Of a DNA stretch of 25,739 nt, positions 23,746 to 25,739 are shown one piece after another. Position 1 is the first letter of the stretch. Every line of letters begins with the position of its first letter. A program made the position numbers and the translations under genes. The stretch comes from a virus (lineage: Duplodnaviria > Caudoviricetes). Under the pieces are notes generated by a model. That model was not told the origin of the DNA and searched no databases. It saw nothing but the letters and a program-made list of their open reading frames with translations. The stretch is from positions 1-25,739 of IMG/VR virus record IMGVR_UViG_3300042471_000059, one strand, 5' to 3'.

Positions 23746-25215
23746 TCACACTACGAAAAACCCTGGTTGCTGAACACTCTCGACTCGTCTCGTTGCACGA
23801 TCCACAGCCATCGCCAATGCTATCGCAGCGTCAATCTTGCGTTTCGATTTACCTTTAGACAAACGCCAACCCATATCCGTCGAGCGTGATGTGGCCGACA
23901 ACACCTGATCAGCGAACACAGGATCACCGTTGTGTGAGAGACGACCGTTCACGATGAACTCGTACAAAGTTCCGCAAGCAGGCACCATACGCGCAGTGGA
24001 CTGGCTGAACTCAACCATCGTGAACCCTTCATCGGACATTGCTTCGGCTGAGCGTTGAAAGAACGCTGGGTCATAGGCGAACTCTTGTACCGTGTATTCG
24101 CGACCAAGATCGCGGATGTGTTGCTCGACTGCCGAAACATCCATCGCACCGCCATCTGGATGCCAAATCTTTGCACGAACAACAACACGACCAGACTCTT
24201 GTGGTTGTGCAACAACAACCGCGATCGAGTCGTGCTTCAACGCCATGTCAATGCCGACGAACACAGGAATGTTCGGATCAAGTTCATCCTCACTACGACA
24301 CTGCTCCCACGCACCCTTCGGCAACCACGACTCACCATCGGTACGAACCCACTGATTCAACCGATAGCGGCGGAACGCAACCTCGGCTGTTTGCATCATT
24401 GACACTTCCATGTCTTGCATATCCAACAAACCTTCAGCCAAGTTCGGATTCGACTCAGCCCAAGCGTCACGGTCATGAATCTCGCAATCCGCTGGTGCTT
24501 CCCACCAGAAGAAACCGAACCGTTCATCCTGTTTCGTGTCGGCAACAATCTCTTTGCCGTAGTTGTACAGACGGCCACACACCGTGTCTAGGTCGAAGCC
24601 TGCCGTGGTGATAGCGACAATGTTCGGGTCCTTACGCGCACCCGAACCTAACGTCAACGCATTCCACAAATCATCATTCGGCTGGACATGCAACTCATCA
24701 AACACAACCGTCGAAGGATTCAAACCTTGCTGAAGTTTTGCGTCGCTCGACAGCACACGATAGATCGCACCAGTCGAAGGAACCTCAACCACATCGCGAT
24801 ACACCTTGCACACACCCGACAACGCAGGCGACTGAGTGATCTGCCACTTCGCTTCGTTGAACACGACACGCGCCTGCTGTCTGTCACCCGCCGCCGAATA
24901 AACCTCGGCACCAGGCTCACCCTCGATCAAGCCATACAGCGCGATCAGCGAACCGAGCAACGACTTGCCGTTCTTCCGACCCAACCCGATCAGGCTGCGA
25001 CGATACCGAAGCAACCCATCATCACGACGCTCATAGAGTGCGTCAAGAAGTGCGACCTGCCAGTTGGTAAGAATCAGAGGCTGACCGGCACGAACACCTT
25101 TGCTCACATGCAAGAACGTGCGGGCAAAGTCAACGACCTTGTGACCGTCAGACTTGCTGTATAACTTCGGCGTCGACCAAGTTGGAGTTCCTTTGTCGAT
25201 ATGCGTCAAGCTCAT
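23746..25215 (-). CDS. terL: Terminase large subunit
   Basis: Walker A GRKNGKS, Walker B VVFDELH, ITTAG; nuclease domain GIDMA...KIDAAIA. Confidence 0.97.
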   Translation of the reverse strand: MSLTHIDKGTPTWSTPKLYSKSDGHKVVDFARTFLHVSKGVRAGQPLILTNWQVALLDALYERRDDGLLRYRRSLIGLGRKNGKSLLGSLIALYGLIEGEPGAEVYSAAGDRQQARVVFNEAKWQITQSPALSGVCKVYRDVVEVPSTGAIYRVLSSDAKLQQGLNPSTVVFDELHVQPNDDLWNALTLGSGARKDPNIVAITTAGFDLDTVCGRLYNYGKEIVADTKQDERFGFFWWEAPADCEIHDRDAWAESNPNLAEGLLDMQDMEVSMMQTAEVAFRRYRLNQWVRTDGESWLPKGAWEQCRSEDELDPNIPVFVGIDMALKHDSIAVVVAQPQESGRVVVRAKIWHPDGGAMDVSAVEQHIRDLGREYTVQEFAYDPAFFQRSAEAMSDEGFTMVEFSQSTARMVPACGTLYEFIVNGRLSHNGDPVFADQVLSATSRSTDMGWRLSKGKSKRKIDAAIALAMAVDRATRRVESVQQPGFFVV

Positions 25216-25690
25216 TTGCCACCCTTATCTCCGCCAAACCCAACCTGGCACGATCGCTCGGAGTGAACCCAAGCAAACTCATCCAAGCCGTACATTGCGC
25301 GTCCATCTGTTCTATCTGCTTCACCGCTGGATGAGTCACAATCTGCCCGTTCGGCGACGTGTACCAGCGCGTCGTCACATCGTCGCCAAGCCAAAGTTCC
25401 AGATCGTAGATCTTCTGATAGTTGCGACAGAGCCGACCCATCAACGGACCATCGTGCAACTCGGACAGATGACGCCGACCACCAGTCCACAAGACCGTCC
25501 AATACTCGGTGCCAACTTTGCCCAAACCTTTCGGTGCGACCGGCACAACCGACAAGTCGACTAGCGCAAGCGCAGTCTCTGGCATAGGCGAAGCCTTCAA
25601 ACCGTTGCGTATGCGCGAACCTTTGAGACGCTTGCGCTCGATCGGAGTTGCGGATGATCCGCGACCGACTCCAGTTGATTTGGTGGCCAT
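25148..25690 (-). CDS. terS: Terminase small subunit (P27-like)
   Basis: HPAVKQI...LGFTPSDRARL motif; directly upstream of terL with a 68-nt overlap. Confidence 0.9.
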   Translation of the reverse strand: MATKSTGVGRGSSATPIERKRLKGSRIRNGLKASPMPETALALVDLSVVPVAPKGLGKVGTEYWTVLWTGGRRHLSELHDGPLMGRLCRNYQKIYDLELWLGDDVTTRWYTSPNGQIVTHPAVKQIEQMDAQCTAWMSLLGFTPSDRARLGLAEIRVANELDAYRQRNSNLVDAEVIQQV

Positions 25691-25703
25691 GCCACCAATG
25701 GTA
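25691..25703 (-). promoter_or_regulatory. Candidate -10 element (TACCAT) for a leaderless terS transcript
   Basis: TAnnnT located 7 nt upstream of the ATG, with no clear SD. Confidence 0.45.
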
Positions 25704-25739
25704 GCCGTGACCCCACCACCGACCCTGCGAACCTCCGCC

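Noticed and set aside
72-25564. Plus-strand ORFs in the track, for example 14118-14846, 13270-13941, 24039-24611 and 21170-21676
   Set aside because: They are antisense shadows of well-supported minus-strand genes and show no recognisable motifs.
1-25739. tRNA, rRNA, integrase, IS element or intron
   Set aside because: None recognised; the intergenic gaps are short and accounted for. Lifestyle (temperate or lytic) cannot be judged from this window.

Overview
This window is a 25.7-kb segment of a tailed dsDNA phage (siphovirus-type, HK97-fold head) whose host is very probably an actinobacterium, since it encodes a WhiB regulator. All credible genes are on the minus strand. Read from right to left they are: terS, terL, a small membrane protein, a portal with a C-terminal extension, three accessory structural-looking genes, a multidomain prohead protease (HiPIP-like Cys domain and other domains fused N-terminally), the major capsid protein, a structured intergenic RNA, five glycosyltransferase-like genes, head-tail adaptor, tail terminator, tail tube, a tail assembly chaperone with a -1 frameshift, an HK97 gp10-like gene, an inserted stand-alone primase-like gene, tape measure, a minor tail protein, a 69-aa stub duplicating the fibre N-terminus, a glycine-rich fibre, a sulfotransferase, a fibre companion, an exported PA14/mucin-like protein, lysis genes, a secreted lytic transglycosylase and whiB. 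The most notable candidates are: (1) a glycosylation/sulfation toolkit alongside a mucin-like protein; (2) a conserved anchor-only fibre stub with 28 synonymous versus 4 non-synonymous codon differences from the fibre; (3) structured RNAs, including a pseudoknot before a dual-start overlapping gene pair and a hairpin displaying a perfect anti-Shine-Dalgarno loop; (4) a possible internal leaderless promoter that would give two protease isoforms. Family assignments come from motifs recognised by eye; no database searches were run.
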